From positions 524,113-588,112 of the forward strand of contig OZ287703.1 in assembly GCA_965649825.1 (NCBI GenBank): 64,000 nt of DNA, given 5' to 3'. The translations under genes were made by a program, and so were the position numbers. The first letter of the stretch is position 1; the number at the start of each line of letters is the position of its first letter. The DNA comes from Penicillus capitatus (lineage: Eukaryota; Plantae; Chlorophyta). This document shows, piece by piece, positions 35,701 through 48,069 of this stretch. Under the pieces are notes generated by a model. That model was not told the origin of the DNA, ran no database searches, and saw only the letters and a list, made by a program, of their open reading frames with translations.

Positions 35701-38700
35701 ATGTCGACCAATACCACACAGCGCAGTACGACCAGAGATGGCGGCAGTGTACACGTCCAGGTCGTCGTGCGTTGCCGGTGAGCCAGTCATAAGGTGTCGC
35801 GATCCAAAGCTGTCGGTTGTGCACAACAGACCACTGAATGCGAAGGAACGCGTTCGCAATGTCCAGGACGTCGTTTCCTGCACGAGCAACGACGTTTGTG
35901 TCGAAGATCGAACACAGAGCTTCAAGAAATACAGTTTCGACAGAGTCGGCGCGCCCGTTACGCTTTAGCTATCTGGCAAGGTAGCGTTGTAGGTCTTTGG
36001 ACCCGATGCGTCACAGGAGACGGTGTTCGATGCGGCGATCCAGCCGTTTGTCGAGAATGTCCTTGAAGGATTTAACTGTACCATATTTGCTTACGGTCAA
36101 ACGGGGACGGGAAAGACCTACACCATGAGTGGAGACTCTCTGTCAGGCTCAGCAGCGAACGGTTAGAGATGGGTGATGTCGATTGATGTGACGTTTGCTG
36201 TACAGGAGAGTTGCCGGCAGGAGCAGGGATCATTCCTAGAACGGTAAAGCGCATCTTTCAGCAGCTTCAGGGATCGGATTCGACCGTGACCGTCAATTTC
36301 TTGGAGCTCTATAACGAGGAGTTGACAGATCTGTTGGATCCGTGGTCAGATCAAGTGGACAAAGATGGCAATCGCAAGAAAAAGATCATGCGGATCATGG
36401 AGGATCAAGTAACGGAGCCAGGAACGAAACTGAGACGTGGCATACTGCTGTCGCCATATCCGGATGACTGTGTCGTGACAAACGAAGCCGAGATTCTGCA
36501 GATCTTGGAACGGGGCAATGCCCAACGCCAAACGGCCGAGACGCTTCTAAATGATCAGTCCAGTCGGTCACACTCGATCTTCGTCATCAGTATTCACATG
36601 AAAGAGACGAAATCGACCGGAGAAGACGTCATCAAGATCGGCAAGCTCAATTTGGTCGATCTGGCTGGATCGGAGAATGTATCTCGGGCTGGATCGAATC
36701 GGAAAGAAGAGCGTCAACGAGAGGCAGGAAACATTAACCAATCGTTGCTAACGCTGGGACGCGTGATTAATGCTCTTGTGGATAAGAGCCTTCACATTCC
36801 ATACAGAGACAGCAATTTGACAAGATTGCTCAGAGATTCGCTTGGAGGATCGACGAAGACGTTGATGATTGCGACGATCAGTTCAGGGGAATGCAGTCAG
36901 GAAGAGACATTCAAGACGCTAGACTACGCTAAACGCGCCAAGAGCATCAAAAACAAACCGGAAGTCAATCAGCGCATTTCGAAGACGGATCTGGTCAAGG
37001 ATCTTCATGGAGAGATCAAAAGGCTCAAGGAAGAACTGGTCTGCCAGCGAAGAAAAGAAGGTAAGGGGCACAGCGAATCCATCTCTCAGAGATAATAATT
37101 GCGAGATTTGCATGTCAGGTGTGATCGTGCTTCCCTTAGAAAAGCACGCTCAGAATGAAGAGGACAGAAAGAAGATGCTGAAAGATATGGACAGTGCCAG
37201 AGAACGGGAGAAGGATCTCCAGAAACAAGTTTGGAGGAATCCTGCTGTGGATAGAGTGAGCGATCTGACCTGTGCCTAGATGGATCGTGTACAGATGGAG
37301 ATAAAAGCATTAGATGCTGAAAAGACAGCTCTAACAGAGAAGCTATCGGCAACGGAGGATCAGCTGAAAGAACAGTCGGCGAAGTTAGAGGATCAGATCT
37401 ATTGGTCGGATATGTATCGTAAGAACTGGGAAGAACTGACAGCACAGCTGAAGATGCAGTCAACAAATCTGGAGACAACAATGCAGGCGCTGCAGACACA
37501 GAAACAGGCATTGCAGCAGCTGACACAGCAACTGGAAAACAACGATGACGTTTCCAAAGGCATGGTCAAAATTGTGAAGGACCGTGTGGATGCCTTGTGT
37601 CGTTTTCTGGATGCTTCCGTCTCCGATTGCCAGAGCAAGACGCAGGCGCTCCTGCGCAGCCGTGAGGCCAAGAGAGTGAAGAGGGAGAAGGAGGTGCAGA
37701 GGATGCGACACGAGGCAGAGCGGGTTCTGCAATTGCAGAGCGCATCCGAAGAAGAATCTGCAAAGCTATGGAGTCTAACATCCAATCAGATCGATGATCA
37801 TATCCAGCAGTGCCAGGATCAGTACCAACGACTGCAGACCGAAGTGACACAAGTGGTTTCCAAAGGACTCCAGGATGTTCTCGCCGTGGCTGACGATCGG
37901 CATCAGACATGGAGCAAAGTGATGGAGAACGTAAAAGAGCAGGAGCGACAGCGATCCGAACGAGTAAGAGAGGAGCAGGAGCGTCTTCTCGAGCGTAAGA
38001 GAAGACTCGAGGAATTGAGAAAAGAGGCAGAAAAGACAGAGGAGAGCACTCTTAAGCAGATCCAAGATACCACTGCTACTGTTCTCCAGGTGAAATGCAT
38101 ATAAAGGAAACGGCGGCTGTGTTTCATGGATGGCGTTTGCAGGAGACGATGACGCGATGTTTAAAAGAGGCAATGCCAGCAATACTCAAGGCGACGGCGC
38201 AGGGCCTTCAGCCGCAGAAATCTGTGATGGCTCAGTGTTCTGAGATTCTGTCAGAGGTGAATGTGGCAGTGCAGGACTCCGTCAAGGCATCGGATCAGCC
38301 TCTTTCTCCCAGTTCTGACTGTCGTGCCATTTCCGAAGAAATGCTCGAACACCTCAACCGTCTTGCCCAAGAGCTTCAGCACATTCAGCCGGACGAAAAT
38401 CGGTCTTCGCTCAAACAAACACAAGTACAGCCCTGTCACATCACAGTCTCGATTTTTCCAAGGCACGGTTGTCACATCAGGTGTCCTGTGAGATCAGGCA
38501 GAAGGAGGTGAAGGAACGTCTGACAGCTCTGCACGCGACAATGCAGCGTCAGGCAGCGCAACAAAAACAGGATGTGGCGACAGAAGAGGGAGACTGGACG
38601 TCGCTCGCCAACGCCATACAATCGCTAGCTCGCGACTGCGGCTGTCAACTCGCTGCCTTGCATGACGACATGACTGCCCAAGCGAAGCATCTGGATACGT

Positions 38701-38918
38701 CCGTCCCTGTCGCCATCGATCCGATCGCCCCGACAGATCCTATCGGCGATTCAAAACGCGACAGGCGCCCCAGCGATTCCAGTCCCTCTGGCGTCATGAA
38801 TGAATCCCATGTGTGCAATACACTGACACCCAGCACACGTGTCATTCACAGAGCCAAGCGCACAAGACCCGGTCCCCATCCAAACAGCCATCAAAATATG
38901 AATAACAAAGATGCTTAA
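35701..38918 (+). CDS. Kinesin-5 (BimC/Eg5 family) motor with coiled-coil stalk
   Basis: [30 protein letters not shown] (P-loop), [105 protein letters not shown]. The tail exon boundaries are approximate. Confidence 0.92.
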
Positions 38919-39484
38919 TGCCTGTGAAATAACAACCTTTGCAGACGGTTTGCACTGGTGCCCCGTCATCCAACCGTTTACGAAGGGTGTATGCTGTCCC
39001 TTCGTATTGCCGACCGTGCATTGGCTCAGCTTGGCGTCGACCTAACCCCTTACAGAAAACATCTTTTCATCTTGTCGCGTTCCATTCGTTCCGAGTTCCA
39101 AGTCCAAGTAGATTTCGCTTCACACGAAATTCATTTGTGCGGCGCGGTTTCAAATCTCAACTCTCGAATCTTCTTTTGCTCGTTTCAAAGAAATTCCTTA
39201 ACGTGTTCTGCGACTGCCGTCGACGTCCTTTTGCTCAATTGTTCATCAAGAGCCTCTGCGCATCTCTCAGTGCTGGAGAGAGTTCTACCTTTGGACGGTT
39301 TTCAGCTATCGACAGTTTTGTCCATATCGTAAACGCCGCGCCGAGAACGTATCTCGCCGAGTGTCCACCCAGCACGGACCTTTCTGTTCGACTCAAGGCC
39401 GACATCAGCTCCACTGCAAAGAAGGTAGAGCCGTCGGCTGGGCTTCACGGTCAGCATGATGCATGCATGCATGCAGTTAGGGGA

Positions 39485-40877
39485 ATGCTTCGTAAGAACT
39501 CTGTCGAAGTGACCAATGGCGAAACGGACCGACTGCCCCACACTCGAGTAATGCCGTCTCTTCGCCGCCTTGGCCGTACATTTATCGATGAGGCCGCCTT
39601 GTGCGCAGACCGCCGCGGTTCTCGTGGAAAAACTGAAGGAGTTTCGCCAGAGTTACAACCGGGTGCGTACCTGCCGATGCTGTGTACCGTCATTGTCGAC
39701 ATCGAGATGTGCTGTTTCGTGTTTAGACGCATGGGCAAGTGTGTGAGTTTTTTGAGCAAGCGCATATTATCGAGAAAATATACCATCACTCCCCTGGTCC
39801 TTCCAAGACCGCCACTTCCATCGCCAAGCACGAAGACAAACCTGAGGACAGTGACAATGATGAAGAGGAAGGATGCAACGAGCAAAAGACATGGAGCATC
39901 AAACAGAAGCTCAATAGCTGGAGAGCGGTGATGCGTGAAGTGGTTTGCGATGTATGTCCCAATCTTCAACTGGAAAATCAGCCTGACATCGTAATCGCCC
40001 TTCTGCCGACAGCACTGACGGACTGACTGATGTGACTTCTGTGATTGTCTTCAGAATCCTGGACTCATGAAACACGTGCTCGACGAAATACGCAAACTCA
40101 AGACAGAATTGGCCTTTCAACATAATACGATTTTGGAACTGACCCATCAATTAGAGAATCATCAAGTGTGTGAGCGATGTCTTCTGATGACAGAAAGAGT
40201 GATGATGTGTGACGTAGGGTAAAAATCAAAGAAAGGATCGATTAATTGAGAAGCTGCTGCATCGAAGCCGCGAGATTCGTTTAGAGGGCCACCACCATCG
40301 TAACGCCCAGGCCCACCAAAGCGAACAGAGGATTGTTTTTGGCCCCGAAACCTCTGAGGAACGTTTACGTCAAAGCCAACACCTCATTGACAGTTTTGAT
40401 CAAGATGACTTCCGTATGTTTGGCGACCTGGGTGATTTCTCTTTCGACCTGCAGGACCTTGTATCACATTATTTGTGGGAGACGGATGAGAAGAGGGGAA
40501 AAGATAGCGTCGATGCCAGACAAGGGAGTCCTGCTTCCCATCAGCCTGCCACTGCCACGATAGAAGCTGCTCATGATCTCAGCAGTCATTGTCTCGTATC
40601 TGAGAATGAAACTGTTAAAAGTCATGAATCGGTGGACATCAATAAAGAAGAGGCTGTTGATAGCACTAACAATGATGCACCTAGAAATTCAGAGATATCC
40701 GAAATTGATCGAGCGGCATCTCCGTTAGACAGTCGTATTCCTCCAGCATCCGTCGACGCATCTGCCAGGAATGCGAGATGGAAAAATCACCGTGCACTGT
40801 TGGGCATCTGCGGACGCCTGGGATGTGTCTATGTGGCATGCAAAGTGATGCGAAAGAGCGGATCTGGAAGACAATAA
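39485..40877 (+). CDS. Orphan coiled-coil protein with a C-terminal hydrophobic segment (possible tail anchor)
   Basis: Four GT-AG introns join MLRKNSVEVTNGETDRLPHTR|TAAVLVEKLKEFRQSYNR|THGQVCEFFEQ...QPDI|NPGLMKHVLDEIRKLKTEL...ENHQ|GKNQRKDRL... through to ALLGICGRLGCVYVACKVMRKSGSGRQ*. The start is uncertain and I recognise no family. Confidence 0.6.
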
Positions 40878-41387
40878 GGCTTATTACGTTCGAATGTCGA
40901 TTTCTGAGATGCACACATTTCGAAAAGAGCTTTAAACCCCCTCATCCAAAACATCACTCACTAATGCAACGTGCTGACATACGACTTTGACAATATGTCT
41001 ATACTTACTCACTAGCTGTCGTTTCATTGTTGTCTCTCTCTTCACTTCACTGTGCGTAATTTCATTCAAGTGCCTTCGTGTGATGGCCTGTTGACGTTTT
41101 GGATTGATTGGGTTATTGATGAGATTCTTATCGTTGTTGTGTTGATGATGATTGAAAAAGCTGAAGGAATAGGCGATGTGTCTCCCTCTCCTCTCTCTGC
41201 ATTCTGATTCTGATTACGAGAATGGATGGATACTGAGTATCAACCAGCAAGATTATGTGTTGTGATACGCGTGTCATCGACTGACGGCACTTACTAGATT
41301 ACTGATTAGGCTCTATAATGTTTATTGACCTTAGCTTAACACCAAGGGTGTTCTAGTGATTTGTCGTACATTGATCGTCCTGTCGCC

Positions 41388-42128
41388 ATGCTGCTCACCA
41401 GAGCCTGGGTTGGGAAAGCGCTCCCGTGTCGAAAGGGAACAACGCATGAAAGCGTGTCGGTAAAAGGACGATGCTTCACGGGGCGGCGCCCCTCGATCGT
41501 CGATTCGCGACGATTGCGAAGGTGTTCTGCAGCGTCGAGCTCGACAGACGTCTACCGCTGGCCGGAGTGGAGCGAAACCTGGCGTTTCTTGACAGACAGC
41601 GGCCTGCAGTCCGTCGATGCCGCGCGAGCGCAGGAGATGGTACAGACAGGAAAATGGATCCTTGTTGATGCGCGTCCATCCTCTCTCTACGAAAAGAGCC
41701 ACGCCGAAGGGGCGCTGTCGATCCCTCTCTTCGATGACATCAACTGGACCAGTGCCTCGCCCATGGCTTACTTGCGTGCGGCGGCCTATCTCGTGAACGG
41801 CGTGTCGCCAGTCGTACCGAACGAACAGTTCATGGAGGAGGTGACGAAGGCGAAAGGGGAGGGGAAGGGATTGATCTTCTACTGCGAGACAGGCGGGACG
41901 ATGACGCCGTCGACGAATTTTATGTTCGGGAAGCAATCGAGATCACTCAAAGCGTGCTATCGTGCTCTAAGCGTCGACGCTTCCTGCCCGTGTGCGCATT
42001 TGGATGGAGGTCTCTACGGATGGTATCGACAAAAGATGCCTATAGAGGGAGAATACGATGAAGGAAACGCAGGCAAGACGCCAAACATCGCGAAGGAGCC
42101 GGATTTGAAAGATGCCATGTCTTCATAA
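41388..42128 (+). CDS. Plastid rhodanese-like domain protein (STR14-like), intronless
   Basis: Transit peptide, WILVDARPSSLYEKSHAEGALSIPLF, NGVSPVVPNEQF, LIFYCETGGTMTPSTNFMFGKQSRSLKACY and HLDGGLYGW. An alternative start lies at 41361. Confidence 0.85.
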   Translation: MLLTRAWVGKALPCRKGTTHESVSVKGRCFTGRRPSIVDSRRLRRCSAASSSTDVYRWPEWSETWRFLTDSGLQSVDAARAQEMVQTGKWILVDARPSSLYEKSHAEGALSIPLFDDINWTSASPMAYLRAAAYLVNGVSPVVPNEQFMEEVTKAKGEGKGLIFYCETGGTMTPSTNFMFGKQSRSLKACYRALSVDASCPCAHLDGGLYGWYRQKMPIEGEYDEGNAGKTPNIAKEPDLKDAMSS

Positions 42129-42375
42129 TACTACAATACCGGATCTTGAACATGTGTACCGGACGGACACTCTCTTCAAAGCTCAATGTCATTGCCCATC
42201 ATTTAGAAACGGCTAGTCCAATAGATCGTTTAACAGGGCAATAGACGGCAATATAGAGACAAACAAGGAAATTAAGATTCGCGTGCTTTGCACGGAACTG
42301 CGTGGAATCTGACTGATCTCGAAATCAAATAAAGGTGAGTAAAAGCACTGTGATAGCTGTCGTAGATGTTCCTCG

Positions 42376-44022
42376 CTAGACTGGACTCTGCCCGTCGATG
42401 ACCGACATCCACGATCCGAACTCTTTGAGGAGTCCAGGCGTGAGCTCGTGGCACCCGTTGATGTTCACACGCGACAGGAACTTGAGGTTCCTAAGAGATC
42501 TGAACTGTATGTCCTTAACAGGTAACCAAGAGATATTCAGAACTTCTAACTGATGAAACCAGTTGCTGATGTAAAACAGAACGTCTGTGCGGACGCCGTG
42601 ACAGGCAGCGATTTCTAAACGGCGCAATCGAAGGCTGAGAGGCTGTAGTGCACGCAGACCGATGTCGGTAATGTGTCGGCAACAACTGAGGATCAAGGAC
42701 TCTAAGAACACAAATTTCTGCAACGTCTGCAAGCCATCGTCTGTCATCTGAGCACAGAATTCGAGATCCAGGTGAACCAGATGTTTCATTGATGACAGAA
42801 GCTTCATTTCTGGATCGGTCACACCTAAGGCAACGCCACCTGTCACATCATAGATGCATTGCCGTTTGTTATCGACCTGAACAGAGGGATAGGTCAAGAG
42901 CTGTCAGAGGACAATGATGGAGTGCTGCCAGTCCGTTCTGACCCACCTGGGCGCAGTTCTGCAAAACGAGCTCGTTGAGATGCGGCATCTTGGCGGCGAT
43001 GCGTTGCAGCACGCCATCCGTCACCCAGTTGTAGCAATCTTTTAGCTTCAGCTTCCTCAGCGACCAGGTTTCACCCTCCATGCCTCTACCCTCCACCCAG
43101 GAGCCCGTTAGACGTGTCGAGTAAGCCAGATCCAAAGACTGCAGTTTTTTTATTTTGATCAAGTGGCTCACACCATCGTCCGTTATTTCATTCAGTTTTC
43201 CCAAATCCAAAAATGTCAGCTGATGTAATTGAGTGAGATCAATGATACACAGATCGTCAATTTCTGAGCAGTTTCTTAGAGTGAGAGACGTGAGATAAGG
43301 CAGTTCGATCATAGCATGGATGCCACTGCGATTAACCATCGTACGCTCCAGGTTCAGCACCTCCATTTGTTGAAAACACCTCACCATAGCAATCCCTGTC
43401 TCTGTCATTCCATGACACTCCCCTAACACAAGTATCGATCTCACTCACACATTCTCCCGCCGTCATACAGAATGATACCCAAATCCAAATGCGTCAGATG
43501 CGTGAGATGTGTAATCGTAGAGAATGACGCATCGGACACGGGATTCCACCTCAGCTGCAGTTTCTTGAGACGTTTCAGTCCTCCGATCGTCTCGCCATTC
43601 ACTCCAGTGTAGCCGATATAGCTGGCAGGGACAGGTGAACGGCATCCTCCGAGATTGAGTTCTTCGAGTTGCGTGAGATAAAGAGAAAGGGCGGCGGTGC
43701 CTTTGTTGGTCACTCCATGACATTTTGCCAGACTTAAGCTCTTTAACTTCGTCCCTTTGCAAAGAGAGTAGCATTTTGAGAAGGTCTGCAGCGAGTGATC
43801 GTGAATCTGATCCCAACAGCGACTCAAATCGAGTGACGTGACGTTTGGAAAACGATTGGGCTTGAACAGGTACTGTAGGGTCTTAGGACTGATGCGCGTA
43901 ACATGCAGCTTTACGAGAGCGTTAAAGCGGCGGTTGACGAGGTGAAGGCTCTTGAAGTGACACGGCGTCAGCTTCGGCACGAGGACTTCGAAGAGGTCCT
44001 CTGGGAAGTCAGACCAGGTCAT
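42376..44022 (-). CDS. F-box/LRR-repeat protein (FBXL14-like)
   Basis: N-terminal WSDFPEDLFEVLVPKL (F-box-like), followed by many LxxLxLxxC...ITDxGL cysteine-containing LRRs over three exons. Confidence 0.85.
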
Positions 44023-44135
44023 CTTGTCAAATGGACTCCCGTACTCGAAATAACAGACGCAACTAATCGACAACGACAAAGAAACGTCACATCATCTGAC
44101 AACAGCGTGTTTGTCGGTTTGTGGTGGGCACCTAG

Positions 44136-45733
44136 ATGGATGCGTTGACATACCCTGGTCGCATGGTCGCTCTGCGACGCCGAGCCGCCACCCACGTCGT
44201 TTCGTTTGCGTCCCGGCGTGGGATGCTTGGCGGGACGTTTAATGCGCGAAGAATACGGCGGGTACCGCAGCAGATCGTTGTTCGAAGCCATCGGCGTCTT
44301 CAAGCGCGGGCAGATTCTACAGAAGAGTTCCCAGAAGAGAGGAGCTTAGTAAGCGCGTCGAATCGACCCGTTCTCGAACTGACCACTGACGTGACGGAAT
44401 GGCAGGCTCCTTCAAAACCTCAGACGGCATTTGGCGAGATGCTGACGTATTACTTAAAGATGGAGCCCCAGCTGTTCAAGTCTGCACTGGAAGACAAATT
44501 AAAGGCGCTGAATGCCGAAGCCAGTGCAGCGCGATTGGACGAAGAGACGAAGAAATTGGATGTCGAGAAAAACACGGAGACAATGGATCTCACACTTTCA
44601 AAGTGTGAACGAACGTCGAACACTCTTTTAGAATCATTGTCTCCTGTTTGTTAGACGCATGCAGGAGGTGCGGGCGAAAGAGAGAAGCCATGACCTTCAG
44701 GATCTGATGTACATCTCCGTTCTGGAGAAATTCCTTGTTATCGGCGTCGACATGCTGCCGCGTATGGACGGTAGACTGTGCGATGTCCTTAAGTACTGTG
44801 AGGATGTGACGTGCGAGACAGACGAGACGGCCGATGGAGATTCGACGTTAGAGGCACTGACACGTGGCGTGCATTCCGTCGAGGCATTGGATTTAGTACG
44901 AGAGCACGTTCTGGCCGTGATGGGACAGACAGCGATGGCCGTGGCATCAGCGAAACTCAAACTGAGTAAACTCCAAATGGCTCAAGTCCGTTTCGCCTAT
45001 GGTATTTCGCATCTATCAACACATGTGTCGCAGATCTATGCTGCCTCCATCATGTTCGGCTACTTCCTGCGAGGCGTCGACAAGCGTTTTCAACTGGAGC
45101 GTTCGTTGGGATTAATTTCGGACGCCGATCTCACCGATGCTACCAGTCGTCTCGAGAAGCTCTTCCACGAAGTGCGTCCTTTTCGAATCGCACGCGTTTG
45201 CCGAACCCCGTTCATATGATCAGGCATCGAATGTGGAATCGGTCGATGATCCAGACGTGGTCGTGCCCAAGGAGACAGGCGAACCAGAAACGGCTTCTTC
45301 TCCCGGACCATCCTCTGGCAATCTGCGTCGCTACGTCGAAGCTTTCGACGTCGCCGCTCTGCGCGAAATGGCGGCGATTGTGAGTCTAGAAGGCGCCGCC
45401 CTGGTCGAGCGACAAACGCTAGCGCTCTTTGGCGACGTCAAACAACTGCAGGAGGAAATGCAGAACGCCATTGGACGCGACGTCATCTCAGCCGAGGAGC
45501 TCTTTCAGCGGGTGCAGAATGCCGTTCGCGATGACGCCGTGGCAACGCTCGTTATGACGGTCGGTTCGCAACGCCGTGCTGTGCTGGAGGCAGTCGCTTT
45601 CGGGACGTTCTTGCGCGACGTCGAGCGACACATCGACTCCGAGTACAATCTCCTGACGGCCCTCCCAGCGCCAAAGGAATCCGGTGGCGATAGTTCCGGT
45701 CCAGGAGGACCATCATCCCCAATGGGTTTTTGA
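44136..45733 (+). CDS. DUF760 plastid protein (UV-B-induced At3g17800-like)
   Basis: Transit peptide, TAFGEMLTYYLKMEPQLF, LQDLMYISVLEKF, VHSVEALDLVREHV, IYAASIMFGYFLRGVDKRFQLERSLG, LRRYVEAFD and VLEAVAFGTFLRDVERHID. Confidence 0.85.
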
Positions 45734-45822
45734 ACGGACAGCGGGTGGTAATAACACTCTCCCTCCATCCGAACGAGCATGTCACCATTTTCATTTCCGC
45801 GTTCACATCTTCGTTGTTGGCG

Positions 45823-47457
45823 ATGGACGCACTCGCATTTCTCGATCTCACAGGCATTCTCACGCGGCCGGCGTTTTTGCTTCCCGCATTGTGCTTTCTA
45901 TTCCTGGCAGCTGTCGCGTTGCGCATCGTCGCGCGTTCTTTGCCGTCTTCCTCTCCGCCGATTTTCGAAGGGCTGCCCTTCGTTGGCGGGATCGTCGGGT
46001 TTCTTACCGGTCCTCTGAATCTCCTCCACAATGGCTACACGAAGAAAGGCGAAGTCTTTACGGTTCCCGTCTTCCACAAGAAATTCACTTTTCTCGTCGG
46101 TCCCCACGTCACGACGCATTTTTTCAAAGCGCCAGATGACAAGATGTCGCAAGACGAGGTCTACAGGTTCAACATCCCGACCTTTGGTCCAGGGGTCGTC
46201 TACGATGTGCACCACAAGATCCGTGGCGAACAGTTTCGAATCTTTGGAGATGCGCTGAAGACGGAGAGCCTGTTGGGTTATCTGCCACTCTTCAAAATGG
46301 AAACGGTGGAGTACTTTGCCAAATGGAGTGAAATGGGCGAAGTGAACCTCTATGAAGAGCTGAGTCAGCTCACAACCCTAACAGCCGCTCGTACACTCCT
46401 GGGACGCGAAATTCGAGAGCAGCTCTTCGGCGAAGTGGCAAAGCTGCTGCACGATCTTGATGCTGGTAGCAGTCACATCATCTCGCACATTTTCTGCATT
46501 GCTGTTTGTGTGATAGGGATGGTGCCGATCTCTGTGTTTCTGCCGTACATTCCGATTGCTGTCCACCGTCGACGTGACGCATCGAGAAAACAGCTGAAAA
46601 CGATCTTCGATAGAGTGATCCATCAGAGACGCACAACCGGTGTACGCGAGTCTGATTTCTTGCAACATCTTATTGACTCCAGGTCAATCCTCACTCTTTT
46701 TCTAATGTGTGACAAGTGGATGATGATTCAGTTATATTCGTGTCAATGGTGGCCGTGCTTTGAACGATGACGAGATTGGAGGAATGCTCATCGGTGCTCT
46801 GTTTGCTGGACAGCACACAAGCAGTGTCACATCATCATGGACTGGCTATTTCTTAGTGCATCATCCGGAATGGATGGAGAAATGCATCGAAGAACAGAGA
46901 GAGATCATAGCCAAGTTTGGCGAGGAACTGAGTTTCGATGCACTCAACAGCATGACGATTTTGCACAGGTAAGACGTCATCCTTCAACATCCAATCACCC
47001 TTCAGCATCGAGTGCCTGTTCCAGTTGTATCCGTGAAGCGCTGAGGATCCATCCGCCTCTCATTTTGCTCATGCGTTATGTGAAGGAGACGTTTCAGGTC
47101 ACGACGAGCAAAGGGCAGCAGTACACGATTCCTAAAGGTCACATCGCCGCCACATCGCCAACCTACTCTGGCAAATTGTCACACATCTATGAGAATCCCG
47201 AGAAGTTTGATCCGTCGCGTCTGATGCCGCCGAGAGAAGAAGACAAGAAGATGCCGAACGCCTATCTGCCGTTCGGTGCCGGCCGCCACGGTTGCATGGG
47301 GCACAATTTCGCTTTTCTACAGATCAAAACGATCTGGAGCTATCTACTACGAAACTTCGTCTTTGCCAAAGTGGATCCCTTCCCAGAACCCGACCACGAA
47401 TCCATGGTCACCGGCATCAAGCCAAGCAAAGTCGCTTTCAGACGCCAAACACTGTGA
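45823..47457 (+). CDS. CYP51: Sterol 14-alpha-demethylase
   Basis: N-terminal membrane anchor, SQDEVYRFNIPTFGPGVVYDV, LFAGQHTSS (I-helix), IREALRIHPPL (ExxR), FDPSR and the heme motif FGAGRHGCMG. Confidence 0.96.
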
Positions 47458-47551
47458 ATCGGAGATGAAGATGTGCATGACGATTCAGACAGAGCTGTTG
47501 TTACACTGTCATCTTGATAAACCATAAATGTCTTAAAGAGAAGGGGGCAAT

Positions 47552-47948
47552 TCAGGATGCCGACTCTACTTTCGCCAACAGCTCTTCTGCTCGATAGATC
47601 AATACCCTGAGGACAACATCCAACGACGTCCGAGTGGGATCTCGGCCGCCTACTCGGTTCCGTCGAGGTTGAGGGTTGTCCCACCGAAGTCCGGCAGAAC
47701 AACCTTGTCGCCTTCTTTGAGGCCAACTGGTATCGCCTTGCCATGATCGTCGAGGCGTCCAGGTCCGACAGCTTTGACGACGCCTTCACTGATCTGCGCC
47801 GACTTCGATCAACCAGGCAGAGGACTCGACGTCGCATCACCTGCTTTACGGCAGATTCGGGAAGAAGGACGCCACCGATTGTTTTCGCAGGCGCGGCGAG
47901 TTTCTCGATGACGACGCGATCGAGGAGCGGTATCAGACGACGCGCCAT
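47552..47948 (-). CDS. CPN10: 10 kDa co-chaperonin (GroES/HSP10, probably mitochondrial)
   Basis: Spliced MARRLIPLLDRVVIEK...TIGGVLLPE...KQ|ISEGVVKAVGPG...LKEGDKVVLPDFGG...E|VLIYRAEELLAKV. Confidence 0.93.
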
Positions 47949-48069
47949 CAGCGACTCGGTGCCACCAACAAACGTACCCGTGCGTATGTGCGTGCGTGCG
48001 TTATAGACAGCGTCATTTTGCCATCGATCATTTTGTTACGATATCTGCCGTTCTGAATTTGCGTCGACG

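Noticed and set aside
36147-36203. A fourth GC-AG intron in kinesin-5
   Set aside because: A same-phase GT donor (AACG|GTTAGA) 12 nt downstream gives a normal ~44-nt intron.
39460-39475. (TGCA)4 palindromic microsatellite resembling an RY element
   Set aside because: A single short simple repeat with no supporting context.
38939-39484. Long overlapping ORFs (330 aa and 124 aa on +) and a protein-like minus frame with several TGA stops
   Set aside because: No recognisable motifs. Only the 3' part of the 330-aa frame coincides with the orphan's first exon. The minus-strand TGAs mirror TCA codons, so there is no case for readthrough or selenocysteine.
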